A DNA stretch of 57,706 bases, counting the filler, from Sphacelaria rigidula (Eukaryota), in assembly GCA_964200075.2 (NCBI GenBank). It is 5 parts of 5 records of this genome, joined end to end, with 100 filler letters (N's around TTAATTAATTAA, not from the genome) between each part and the next. Parts side by side here need not be neighbours in the genome. Positions count along the whole stretch, not along the records: positions 1 to 11,463 come from CAXNAA020004895.1; positions 11,564 to 23,024 come from CAXNAA020004896.1; 3 more parts are not named here. One strand, written 5' to 3'. Positions 1 through 11,648 of the stretch are shown in pieces (position 1 is the first letter of the stretch; every line of letters starts with the position of its first letter). The notes below the pieces were generated by a model. The model saw only the letters and a program-made list of their open reading frames with translations, searched no databases and was not told the origin of the DNA. The translations under genes were made by a program, and so were the position numbers.

Positions 1-554
1 CCCGGCTTTGTAGGGATGCGAGGGCAATGGTCTGATGACTATGGCACGCATGATCATGAGTACACCCCCCCCCCCCTCCCATCGTAGCATGATACTTAGG
101 GCATACATAGGATGAGGATCTCTTTTCTCCATGCGGTGTCTGTTCGACCTGCCAGCCTCTTACTGTGGTGTCAATATAGCCGCACACACTGTTGTTATAC
201 TTGGTTGTGGTGCACTTCGGAGAGAGACGCAAACGGCGTACCGTAGACTGCGGTCCATGGAGAGCGACGCCACACTGATTGTTTCATACGCTTTCATTTA
301 GCCGCTGATTAAAAGAAAAGTGTGTGTGTACGTGTACGGTACAGCAGTAGCAGTACAGACAGTACAGTAGAATACAGTTGGGATGATGTGGCATGTGTTG
401 AACATTAATATATGCTCGTGGTGTGCCAGCACCACCTCGAAAGTACCACGACTGTAAGTAAAACATACGAAGCTCGTTTGTTTGCTAGGCAGCTCGTATA
501 TTTGCAGATTTTACAAGCTGGACCAGCCTAGAAGCAGATCTGTCGGTTGCAGGT

Positions 555-815
555 GGATTCTCACCTCAACTTTGAGCGTTGAATTTTGAAGTTTGGTATG
601 GAAAATCGGCAGGGCATAGTAAAAAACGTAATATCGACGCCTTCAGGTTTTTCGTCGATGGGTCGAGGGCAGACAATACCAGTTCTCAGAAATACGTCCC
701 TAATACCTGAAAACTAAAATCTTATGGCGTCGACACTACTATTTTTTCAACCTCTGCCGGTTCTCCTCACCAAATAAGTAATTGAAACTTTCAGTATTGA
801 GGCGATAATTCCAGA
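555..815. repeat. Degenerate inverted repeat (old MITE)
   Basis: TTTGGTATGGAAAATCGGCAG...TCGACGCC is mirrored by GGCGTCGA...CTGCCGGTTCTCCTCACCAAA. Confidence 0.55.
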
Positions 816-972
816 CTTACACATACAGCCAGGGCCAGCCTGCGAACTGAGCTCTACGTTGTACGAAGTATATCAGTTAGCAGTAGTTTGGGACATGTGC
901 TATTGAATCTCTGTGTGGAGAATCGCAAAGGCAATCTCATGATGATAGTAATAGTGACATATTCGGGATATT

Positions 973-1171
973 AGAGAATTTCGGGAAACGTTTTTTGTCC
1001 TTTCAGAGTGGAAATACGTCAGGATCAGAGTGTAACGAGAAATTATTCCCCCCTCCGTCAAATGTGGTATCCCCTTCACTTTTTTTCAATGAGGTGCTTT
1101 TTGTATTCTGAACTCTGATCCTGACATATTTGCACTCTGAAATGGCAGGAAACCGTTTTCCGAAACGCTCT
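973..1171. repeat. Inverted repeat (foldback MITE remnant)
   Basis: 973-1031 is an imperfect reverse complement of 1112-1171 (core TTTCAGAGTG.AAATA.GTCAGGATCAGAGT). Confidence 0.7.
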
Positions 1172-1407
1172 ATTCTTGTCTTCGTGAGACAAGGACATTT
1201 TCATGTAGTAATGCCAACTCTTTCACGAGAACGTGACCAAGTCACGAAATATAAAGACGGTTCCGGCATTTTCGTTTTGCTGTGCCCTTGCCATTCTCTA
1301 CACTTCATTTCAGAGCGCAACACTAAAATCTGAACCGAGAAACTGGGTTGACGGTCAAGAACAATACTTACATATATAAGTATATATTTTCACAGAGACG
1401 TCTTTAA

Positions 1408-2179
1408 CCTTAGATGGCGAGCGTTGCCTCAGAACCGTTTCATAAGCGGACAGTCCAGGGACTTCCGAGGGTGCCCAGGGGGGGGGGGGGGGTGGTTTTT
1501 GACAGGGGGTGGGAGCCTGTTCGCAGGACTGCCAAAAAGCTCACCATGTCAACCATGTGTGTTCGGAAGTTTCCCAGGGAAACTATGAGACAGGAACGAA
1601 ACCCGAGAGGAGCGGCGGGACCATACTGACCAATCACGGCTATCAAAATGGCCACTATGTTCCCCTACAGGTGGACTACAGGTGGGCTACTTCGCTGTCT
1701 GGCCGTCTTTCTCATTATGGTCATGACAATTCAGCCATAGATGGCATGAACATAAACAGCGTGCTTGTTGCTCTGCTCGTGTTCTATGCCGCCTGATTGA
1801 CCTCATGTGTTGCCAGCGTAACTTTACACTGTCTGCAGCGTTGTTGTGGAACACTAAGCAGAGATATCAACAGCATGCAATGGATTGTGTTCAATAGAGA
1901 GCGATGGCACGCTGACTGTTTATCGCCGTTGTTTCTTGCGAAATCATGCAGCTCATATATACTCTATGTACAGACTGCATGCGATTGACTGCACGGTCAC
2001 AACCGGTCAGGGGTTCTCCGGTATAGTTTTCTATACATAACAGTCTAGATGCCGAAGCATCCACGTGTTTTTGAAAAAAGCGTGTTGTGTAGCGAGAAAA
2101 GAGCTGTTGTTCTGACGCCCCAAATGTGGTGTATTGTAGTCCAACTTAGCCCACCTGCGGGGGGGTCGCTGTCTAAGCG
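1408..2179. mobile_element. piggyBac-like non-autonomous DNA transposon
   Basis: TTAA|CCTTAGATGGCGA...TCGCTGTCTAAG. A homologous 5'-truncated copy at 46247-46898 ends GTCTAAGGG|TTAA, and a related left end lies at about 51434. Confidence 0.75.
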
Positions 2180-3056
2180 ATACCCCACGAAGAAAAGTAT
2201 TCAAGGTCCCGAACGTTTTGTTTCTATTTTGCCCTGCCTTGTGATACTTCGTGCCGATTTATCAAGCACGACTCTTGAAACTGAGACGCGAACCCCAGAT
2301 TCAGTGCATTCAGTGCCTCTGTTCGTATCATCTTGGGTTTAGTATGGGATATTATCCGCGTCATATTTGTAGATAGATAGGTCTAGATAAGTCTGCTAGT
2401 ACTGCAGCGTCTAAATGCTGTTGAGGGACTCCCCAGCTCTTCTGGCCTCAAGGTCTCAGTTNNNNNNNNNNTGGCCCGGGCTACACAGCAAGGGTCATCA
2501 TCTACAGGATGTCCTTGTCCCATGGTTATCATCCAAGATCCACTATATATTCAACCGTGACGGCGTGAGTTCGCCACACGAATTAAGTGAAGGCCAGGGT
2601 ATCAATCGCTTCCCCGTGGTTTAGGGAATCTTCACGCCAAAAATTACCCTCCGCTGCACATGTCGTTCGAGGTTTCGTATAGACTTTAGTATACAGATAT
2701 CTCATTACGCCATGGCATTCACTCGACCTTGCGTTTAATCAGCGAGAAAAAATATGAAGCACTGTAGAGGAGATGGGCATCTGTACCTTGATAAGACGAT
2801 TCATGAAATGCCCGATTCATCTTCATGAGACATGGCTGTGAGAGCTTAAATCCGATTGGGCTGGCCCAGATCGTACAGCAATGGTAACAACCAGTGCCTG
2901 CCACTTCCAAAGCTCGAAAGCATGCGTCCGATGAAGAAATGGCTCAGCAGAGACTTCCGCACGTAATGAATACTTCACATGGCCCAAAGCCGGTTAGGAG
3001 TGCTTTGTGAAAAAGGCGAACACGCACAGGCTGCTTATATCCTTGGAGCGCCTCAC

Positions 3057-3221
3057 CTGGTGTTTGGACTCCCTAGCAGCTCGGCTGTGGACACTGCTGG
3101 CAGGGCTCACGGAAGTTGAGTCCGGATTGCGCAGGCCGTCATCCGGCGACAAAGGTCCTGGATTGGAGATGGCTAAGTTTCCCGCGCGCAAAAACGATTG
3201 CCGCTGTTGGTTCATGTTGTT
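3057..3221 (-). CDS. Possible exon of an unidentified minus-strand gene
   Basis: TAG acceptor and CAG|GTGAGG donor bracket a 55-codon open frame (NNMNQQRQSFLRAGNL...ESKHQ). No family recognised. Confidence 0.3.
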
Positions 3222-4911
3222 CTACAGTATATAGTGCAGAATCTCTCCTCGCTTCCGCCGGCTCTTGTTGTCGTCGCTGTTGTTATTGTTGATGTTGAAG
3301 CGCATCGTACCGTATCCAACCAACGGTTCGGCGACGCCTTGCCTGATCGGAGAAACCGACCTTGTTTTTTTAGCTCTCTTCAAGAGAACACGAGCTGCGT
3401 GCTGCGCAGCGACACATCGAAGAAAAAGGTCATATGTACTCCTTGTCCCGATTGCGAGTATACTGGTTGATGGCACTGCTTTCTCACTGTGCGCGTGGTT
3501 GTGGTCCGCGCCTCTGTGCCTCTGACTATGCGGTGTGGGAACGGAAACACGGAGGAATCGCAGTAGCCCGTCTCAGATTATAGCACGGTCGTGGAGGAGC
3601 TACACTGCATTCACTTTGAGGTTTCCCGCTTCAGAGGCCATCAAAGCCAGCTGTAGCTTTGCTGTACGCTCAAGGGTGTGTTTTTGCGACAAGCAGCGCG
3701 TGTGGAGGAGAAAATGCTTCTGTATGGCGGTACCAGGGTAACGCAAAACTGTGCAGTCCATTGGGATAGATACCGACATTGCACCACAAGCGGCTCAATT
3801 GCTGCTGGCTGTGTTTGATCCAATGAAAACGATGATCGTGGCGGGAATGTAATTAGAAGTTGAAGCACGTGAATCCGTACCCTTTTTCGGCGAACCGACA
3901 CCCATACTACCGTCGTTACAAGAAAACGCCTCAGTACAAAGTGACCACACCACAAAGCGCAGCAGCACGACTGAACACGAGCAGCAGCCTAATCAGAATG
4001 GATAAACCGACAGCATCAACAGTCAGGCGGTACCGCAGAAGGCAACGCCTCTCGTTTTCCTTACCTTTCTCTCACCTCCCCTTGGTGATACGTACAAACC
4101 TCGCGCGATTTTGTCGTACACGGCTGCCGTCGTGCACCACTTGAGCCGCACCGCTATAACGTGGCGCGTTGTACTCTGGCCGTCGGTCTGTGTGCCCTGC
4201 CTGTCCTTTACACCGTGTTGCTGTCTGTGCTGTGCTGGTATGGTATCTGCTGACTGTTGTGTTACGCTGTACCAGTGCGAAGCAAATTAAATACTGTAGT
4301 TCCACTACCGTTGTTCTTGTCTGTTAAACTATGCAGCCCATGCACGCGACGGTATGTACGGTCGACGGTTTTACACGAGATAACGAGATACGTACAGGTA
4401 ATTGACTCAAAGACTCAATATGACTTCATCACATGGAAAGTACGGCTCCCTGTTTTCCACCATATTATTATGCTTGTAAAAGTTTGTATTGTAGGGTGCG
4501 CAGAGCAAACCCATCACGAGGATGAAATACAGAATTATGATCATTCGAACACTTGGTATTATCAGGCCGCTTCTCCAAAAATACCCCGATGGTTATCGAA
4601 CAGGTGAGATAGAACTGTGGACTTCAGCCCGAAAGCATGTCGGCTCACTCATATTGCTTAGTACTATATATGCCTCCATCTCAATACGCCAAAACGTACA
4701 CATGAAGTCATCGTTTCAACCATAGCTTTCGCCTATTTCAGATAACCAGGCTGAGAGGGGGGTGCTATAGCTCATATGTCCCCGATCGATCTGTAACCGC
4801 CAAGCCCTTGCGACCTAGTTTCGCCGCGTTTGTCAACAAAATCACGTCAACACTTGGACGCAGAACCTCCCCCCGCCCCTGAAAACGAACGTAATCTACG
4901 ATCCACACCAG

Positions 4912-7900
4912 CTGCCCAAGAACAACTGCATCTACGAAGAATTGGCTGACATGGCCACATCTAGCTTCGTGGGCGCACTGCAGTGGGGTATTTTGGGTAC
5001 CGGTGAAGTGGCGGCACGAGGCTGGTATGCAACGTACACATAATGTTTGTTTAGAGTAATAGTAAGCAAGAACCGAAACTACAAGTGATAGATCGTACAT
5101 CCAGTCCCCAAGCCGCTCCAAATCTACACAAGCAGACAGTCATGACAGCACGGTGCACGGGCGGCAGGATTCCTTTACCAAGAGTATTGACTCGATGCTG
5201 CAGCAAGACGAGCTTCTGACATGGGACATTGTAGTTTCGATCAGCGTTTCAAGGACTAGTTCGACGCTCCACCTTACTACTTGGTGAAACGTCAAGGAGG
5301 TGACAACTCAGGGGCGTACCACGGTGGTAACGTTGCGGTGAGCTCAGGTCTAATTTTTTAAGCTTCCCCTGCGTTCAAGTTTCGTATGAGTGCAGCGTAT
5401 TGAGCGCATCTCTGGTTGAGGCAGCGGGGCAGTGCAGCAGCGAAACCGCAGGTTGAGGGGAAAGTATTTGCCAGCTTTGTTGAGAGACCGATACAAAGAG
5501 CTTTGTGTCAGCTGCTGCCGCGAGAGCGCCGACCCTGTCTTCATTAATCGTACGAGTAACTCATCTGTGGTGTTGACACTGTGTTGTCTCATCAGCGATG
5601 ATGACACTGTATTGTCCTGTAGTGTACTGTGGTGTACAGCTGTAGGCCATCTCCCGTAGCTGCAGGTAGGGCCGAAAGCTAGAGGTCGATGTTTGTGGAG
5701 TTACGTCGATATTCTGTTTGAGGGATAAAGTCATCGCTTCCACGGTACGTGCCGTGGAGGCAAGCTATGGAGCAGCGGACCAACACTCCCGCATCCCGTT
5801 GACTTTCATTGGAGCCATGTCTCCGTTGCTGAGACACGTAGATTCGCCCAAGAGATGAAACTATACCGATGTAGGCTATTGTTGAGCGCGCGGGTGAACA
5901 TCACATTGAGGACACCTGTTGTCGTGTCCTCCTCTTTGCACCACACTTATCCGCAGGACTGGTGCAGCGGATGCCGATCGACATTATTTGAAGTGGCTCT
6001 ATAGAGAACGTGCCTGTGGGTAACACAAGCTAGTGTACGTAAATAACGTAAAAGGATGCGTATTCCCCAGGCTTGGCGTGCATTCCGGTCTTGAATGGTG
6101 GAGCCATTGTTCGTTGTGGTGTGCCGTCTTCTTTTCCACCTGCAACACGCTGCACTAGTCCGTAGTCTCGTGCGTTCTAATAGTTTATTTTGTCCTGTGG
6201 TCGTGGCTGGACGCACAACAGATCAGATCATGTTCAACAACCAACCATATGTATCGATGGAGTTACCGATCAATCAATGTCGTATATGTATACGTGCCGA
6301 CGTGCTGCACCGAAAATCCCGTCGACAATCGACCGTGCGACCACGAAATTGATGAAACGGCCGCGTTGGCGACAAAGAAATATCTGAAATGGACTTTACC
6401 CACTTTTGGATGCAAGGAGATTGCTGGGAATCATTCCCTCCCAACCCAGTGCTGGATATCCATGATGACGGTCGAGCTAGATCATATTGTGCGGGGTGGG
6501 ATAACCTCGATTCCGCGTAGAGGGGGTGATCATACGACGTAGTGTTAAAAAAGTGAAACATCCATGAGGAAGTGTAGAAACTGTGGCCATCTCTAGAAGC
6601 GGCAATACTAGAAAATGAAGCAACTCGTTGGAGGCTGTCGTTCATTTGTAAGACAATCAGTACACTTCGGGCGGAACGATCTTTACCAGGATGCAGTTCA
6701 CCCTTCATGTGAGTTGCCGAACACATCACGATGCTTCACGCTCGGTGATTGATTGCGAGCTTGGTCCGACGAAAACCCGACGTGCTCCGGCCCGGCTCTG
6801 TAGGGATGCGAGGTCAATGGCCATATGACTACGGCATGAAAGATCATGAGCACACCCCCCAGTACAAGATGAGGGTTAGGTACGAGAGTACAGTATTACA
6901 ACAACCCAGAATTTAAATCAGTACCTCGTGAAGGATGATTTGGTGAACGAACGATCGAGCTCGTGCTAGAAGGCCGCGTGTCTATGTGTAGGGATGCCAA
7001 TCTTCCCCCCCCCCCTGCACAGATCGGATGTAGACATGAAATGACGTAGCTAATCACTTGTCGCACTACCCAGAACACAGGCCGGATGCAGATATGAAAT
7101 AACGTATATCGCTCTATTTGTTTCCCCGTAGTAAAACAAAAACAATTGAGGCTTTCTTTCCCCTGTCGCAAGAAAGGGGTGACATTGAGCAAAGACCAAA
7201 ACCCAGACATGTAAGTCATAGCTTCCAGGTTGACCACCTTACATGCACGTTCGAAAACTCAGCAAAGATAAAACATGTGCAGATGAATATGGTCACCCCG
7301 ACATGTCAAATTTGCGTGGATGTTGGGTCTCGTGGTGAGATACCCTTAAACCTGTACCGATTTCCGTTAGGCGGTGGAAATCTGGTCACACATTATCGCA
7401 CAATCCCCACATGAGGTGCACAGGCGTCAAAAGAAGGGAAGGGGTGGATGATGCGTAACGAAAACGTCAAGACCTACTGCACTCATGAAACAAACACCTT
7501 GTCAATGACTGGCTACACGACAAAAAAGGAGTGCCAAGTGACATGTATATGCTCCGAGATCTCGGAGGGTAGAAGCAAGTGGGGGATGTGGGGGACTTGT
7601 TGACCTCGTTGGCCAAGCTTTCGGCAGCGAGGATCTCCTCGGGAGCATGAGTGTGGTAGCTAACCATGATAAAACATACCTAAACGGGGGGAAAGTAATA
7701 TATGGGACATCCCGATGCACGAGTAAGATTTTTCATTGTGCAAGCCGTCCTTGAACCTTGCATGGTGAAAATGACCTCTCTAAACGAAAGAGCCCAGTAC
7801 AGCAGTGGGGCAAGAAAATAGAAGATACGATCGTGGGACGCCTGAAGGGGTACCTTGCAGATCGCCTGGCACAAACGTGGGGTACTTGTGATACGGGTGT

Positions 7901-10318
7901 TGAACTTGGCTTCAGGCTACGAGCCCGTTTTGGAGACATCATTTAGTGCAGGAGAGCCAGCGAAAGAATTGAGAGACAGCAAACCGCCGACAAGTACAAG
8001 GATTAGGATATCTCAGTATTTTGATTGCACCCCACCGCAATATTCCAAACAAACAAGATGGAATAAAAAAGCCGGATCCGCAATGGAGTATACAGTGCGC
8101 TCAACAGGGAGAAAATCTCCGTTCTTGACTATATACTGGAAGCGTGTATAAGTAGTAAGAAAACGAAAGTACATGTATGCGCAGCGGACGTAGGAACTAT
8201 GGATCACTGCCTTGTATAGACAGATTGCCAACGTACGAAAATGATCGCAAATAGGCAAGGTAGGAAGCTGTACAAAAGGAGAAAAGGTACAACAGAAACT
8301 AACGAAAAACAACATGAATTTCATGAAGAGATGGCCAAAAATACACAGTGATATTTCACGAGTTTGTTGGAAAGTGTAGGTGTACTTGAATCCGAAATAG
8401 AAAGGGATCGGACAGGAGCGAAGGATACAGGCGGATGGAAGTAACTGGTCAAGACCACAGGAAGTAAGATCATGAGGATGAAATTGATCACATGCAGTAG
8501 AGCAGTAAAATGGTTGGACGGGGAAGTGAAGAAGTCTATAAAAGTAACGAGAGACTCCCACTCAAGGCTCAGATCGAGTAAAACTACGGTGGGGTGGGGG
8601 GGGGCACGGTAAAGCTGGAAAAAAGGCAGAGCAGATTGTAGAGAAGAAAAAAGAGGACATCCGCTTTTCTTGATTTTCTTGTTTCTTTATTTCTTCTTTT
8701 TTTCACGTCTTAGTCTACCATGTCGTTCTGTTTGACTTTTTTCTGCTCCTCCGTCCTCTTGAATGAGTCTTTCAGTTTTGGTTTTGTTGGGTACGTACGT
8801 CCATTTTGCGACCACGACTGGACCCATGGGTGGTCAGTTAAAGTGCGACAATCAATCGACCAATCAATCATACGGAACCCATTTTCCCCTCTCTATGTGT
8901 GTGTGATATTTCCTGCCGGTGTATGGCAGAGCAGTGTGGGGCCTCGCTTCATTGTGCTTGTCCATGGATGAGAGGGTTCATTCCCCAAAAGTGTGGTTGT
9001 AGTATATGGGCCTCGGTCTTTTTCCACGGCCTTTTGTTTTCTACGACTGTACAATTGCGTTTCTGCGCAAGATGGTTTCCACGGAAGGCGTGTGGCGGCG
9101 GCCGGCCATTTCTATTCTCGTATCCTTTTTTTGTTTTTCTTAGCCGACTCTGTTGTTCTGTCCTACCTTTTCGGTTTATTTTCTTTGTCTTCAGCGTGTG
9201 TTTCAATTTCGTGTTGTCTCGAGTCCGTCTATCATGTGACCACGCCTAGATCGCTGGGGGGGTCGGTCGGTGATATTGCGACAGTTGATCAATCGATCGT
9301 GGAACAATTTGGTAAATAAAACTGGAAGGCTTTGATGGCAGGACTAGGCAAATGTGGGTAGGAATAAAAGGGACAGATACTGGGCAAGCAGGAAGGAGAT
9401 GAAGACGAGGAAATAGTGACACTAACAGCACAGAACAGTAACATGGCTGGCAGTTCGAAGGGGGAGGGAGAAGTACTGATAGAGCACTACCAAAAACTAG
9501 GAGCAGCAACAACTAACAAGACGTTTGACACAGAATTCGAGAAAGAAACCAACGCGTGGGCAGAGGCACCTGTAGCGGCATCACGCCGAAGTATAGTGAC
9601 TCAGAAGAATTGTGGACAGAGCTCACGGAGAGGAAGTGAAGAGGTGTGTAGCTAAACTCAAGAATGTAACGATAGCAGGGGCAGACAAAAAGATGAATGA
9701 GTTTATGAAGTACGATTTTATCCCCTCGTTGATCCTCATCTGGTCTACACGTTGCTGGCGAACGTTCAAATACGCACGTTGTATGACTATTTGCTAAGTT
9801 CATCCCAAAAGCGCAATGTATGTTATAACATCTGTCCGCCTCGACGTCCTCACAAGTGAGGTACTTCTACGGCAAGACGTCGTCAAAAATCGACGTTTTT
9901 TGTTAAATCCTTAGCCTTAGCCCTAACCTTAACCCTGGTGAAAAGACACGCGCTGCATAATGTCGTCAACGTATGATATGCCGTGTTTTCCCCTACCGCT
10001 GCTTCGGGTGTATACGCTGCGCTACGGGCTGTATTATACCAACGACAACAACAACAACAACAACAACGACGACGACGACGACGACGACAACGATGACAAA
10101 TAAACTGGCTTGTCGTCTGCAGCCAGGCGATCCAATGTTCCGAACACGGAATGGTGGTGGCTATTGCCAGCGACAGTTCGGGTCTGGAGAAGGCGCAGGG
10201 ATTCGCCGTGATGATGCGCGTACCGCAAGCGACAGCGTATGGCTCGTACCAAACGCTCGTGGAGGATGACAGAGTGGAAGCTGTGTACATCGCCACCGTG
10301 ACCACGAAAAAGAAGGAG
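4912..10318 (+). CDS. Gfo/Idh/MocA-family NAD(P)-dependent oxidoreductase, 5' part (spliced, 3'-truncated by contig end)
   Basis: Exon 4912-5024 (ATG at 4951; ALQWGILGTGEVAARG, a Rossmann glycine motif) splices in phase 2 across a GT..AG intron (5025-10122) to exon 10123-10318 (CQAIQCSEHGMVVAIAS...AYGSYQTLVEDDRVEAVYIAT, the family YGSY..L..D..V.AVYI motif). Possible further upstream exons are 4331-4397 and 4566-4603. Confidence 0.85.
6575..6860 (+). repeat. High-copy LINE-end repeat (GTGCTCCGTCCCGGCTTTGTAGGGATGCGAGGTCAATGG...ATCATGAGTAC-polyC)
   Basis: Similar copies at 1-80, 11564-11641, 22954-23010, 40955-41215, 41980-42135 (+) and 23157-23208, 34486-34585, 43951-44115, 55674-55765 (-). 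It translates as GCEVNG.MT, like the LINE terminus at 26700-27075. Confidence 0.85.
8905..9300 (+). repeat. LINE/SINE 3' tail family (T-rich, then GTACGTCTATCATGTGACCACGGCTGGA...GATCAGTTAA, then (CAAT)n)
   Basis: Long homologous copy at 20755-21140. Shorter copies near 8660-8870, 23216-23432, 28360-28420, 29300-29520, 49780-49987 (+) and 23760-23920, 30350-30600, 30855-30940, 40500-40650, 45130-45290 (-). Confidence 0.8.
9316..9712 (+). mobile_element. LINE ORF2 fragment (region preceding the RT domain)
   Basis: Frameshifted translation EVLIEHYQKLG...FDTEFEKETNAWAE...EEVKRCVAKLKNVTIAGADKKMNEFMKY matches the non-LTR RT domain-0 pattern K.K..G.D....E..K. Confidence 0.8.
10040..10098. repeat. 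(AAC)n(GAC)n compound trinucleotide microsatellite near an intron 3' end
   Basis: Directly visible just upstream of the 10123 acceptor. Confidence 0.92.
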
Positions 10319-10819
10319 GTGAGTAGGCGGCGCTGGAATGGATATCCCTTCACGGCCCATGGGGCGGAAGATACTGTACGAAGTGTGCAGGGGATAGTCC
10401 CTGCATGGTTGTGTACAGGTATGTATATGTTGCACGAAATAGGGAGCTTTTTTATCTTGTTGTGTGTGCGTGTTTGGTGCACGTTCCCCCCTCCGTCTCC
10501 CCTCCTCAGGATGATTCGAGAGTCTCGAAAGATCAGGTCATCCATCTCTTTCCCGTGAAATACTTACATTGCGCGTTGTTGCCGCGAAAGGGATGATCGC
10601 CCTCGGCAATCCATCAACTTTCACTGAGTGTTTTGTTCCCACCACCTCACGTTTTTTTCACGTCTTCGGAAGACGGAAACATTATATACAAATACATGTA
10701 TCCACTGTCGAGGTGCCACAAAATGCTCAAGAGCCAGTCTTTTCCACATAAGTGTGGACGCCTGAGTACGGCGGCATTATATATAAATATATATATTACG
10801 CAAACCTCGCATATGTAGG

Positions 10820-11073
10820 GAGTGATGCTACGGTAGGGGTGCACGAACATTTTCTGAGGTTAGAATTGTTGGGAGCCGTTTAACTCATACAAAACACGAC
10901 TTATGAAATATGCGAGAGTACGTCAGGATTATTATTCCAATGTGCTAGGGATTTTCCGAATGACTTTGCAAACGGGGATGCCCTCACCCATATTCTTGTG
11001 CATCTAGAATCGTTAGGAGCCCTTGAACCAGACACTTTGGCGCAAAAAGTGCACCCCTACCGTGGCATTGCTC
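10820..11073. mobile_element. MITE
   Basis: TIR GAGTGATGCTACGGTAGGGGTGCAC versus GTGCACCCCTACCGTGGCATTGCTC. Confidence 0.7.
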
Positions 11074-11463
11074 TGATATACATCTTCGGCTGAAGGAAAA
11101 AGTCTTATTGAGGAAGCGGCGGTTTCGTAATATTGCACGTTCCCAGGAAAATTGGGCAATATTTGAGGAAATAACCTACATGATCCTCATATGTCGAAAA
11201 TAGGTGCAGCCGTATAGTATGTTGATATTGTAGGCACGCTGGAAGGGATTTTGGTTTTCTTTCCCTGCAGCGAACCCTCTGACTGGCTCCTTCATCCAAG
11301 CGGTGGTTCGAATCCCATCTCCTACAAGTATACGATACTGATCAGATATGAAAAATGTGAAACGATACCGGGTTCAAATCACGGTCGCACCCCCCCCCCC
11401 CCCAAACCACCGACACAAACACCAACCCAAAAAAAAACCACAACCCGCACAAGACACACCCCA

Positions 11464-11563
11464 NNNNNNNNNNNNNNNNNNNNNNNNNNNNNNNNNNNNN
11501 NNNNNNNTTAATTAATTAANNNNNNNNNNNNNNNNNNNNNNNNNNNNNNNNNNNNNNNNNNNN
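11464..11563. other. Artificial contig-joining spacer N44-TTAATTAATTAA-N44
   Basis: Exactly 100 nt with a six-frame stop linker at 11508-11519. Identical spacers recur at 11561-nt intervals. Confidence 0.97.
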
Positions 11564-11648
11564 GGCCCGGTTTTTTAGGGAGGCGAGGTCAATGGTCTTA
11601 TGACTAGGGCATGCATGATCATGGGTACCCCCCCCCCCCCCTCCTCAG

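Noticed and set aside
9909..9936. True telomere or chromosome-fusion scar
   Set aside because: There are only a few degenerate hexamers inside an intron, and similar runs elsewhere sit within MITEs.
9883..10545. 220-aa minus-strand ORF and other long track ORFs (e.g. 8013-8561, 54393-54971)
   Set aside because: They are antisense shadows of real exons or LINEs, or arise from microsatellites and low complexity, with no protein-like motifs.
11508..11519. TTAATTAATTAA as a biological motif or periodic element
   Set aside because: It is embedded symmetrically in N runs and is a six-frame stop linker added during concatenation.
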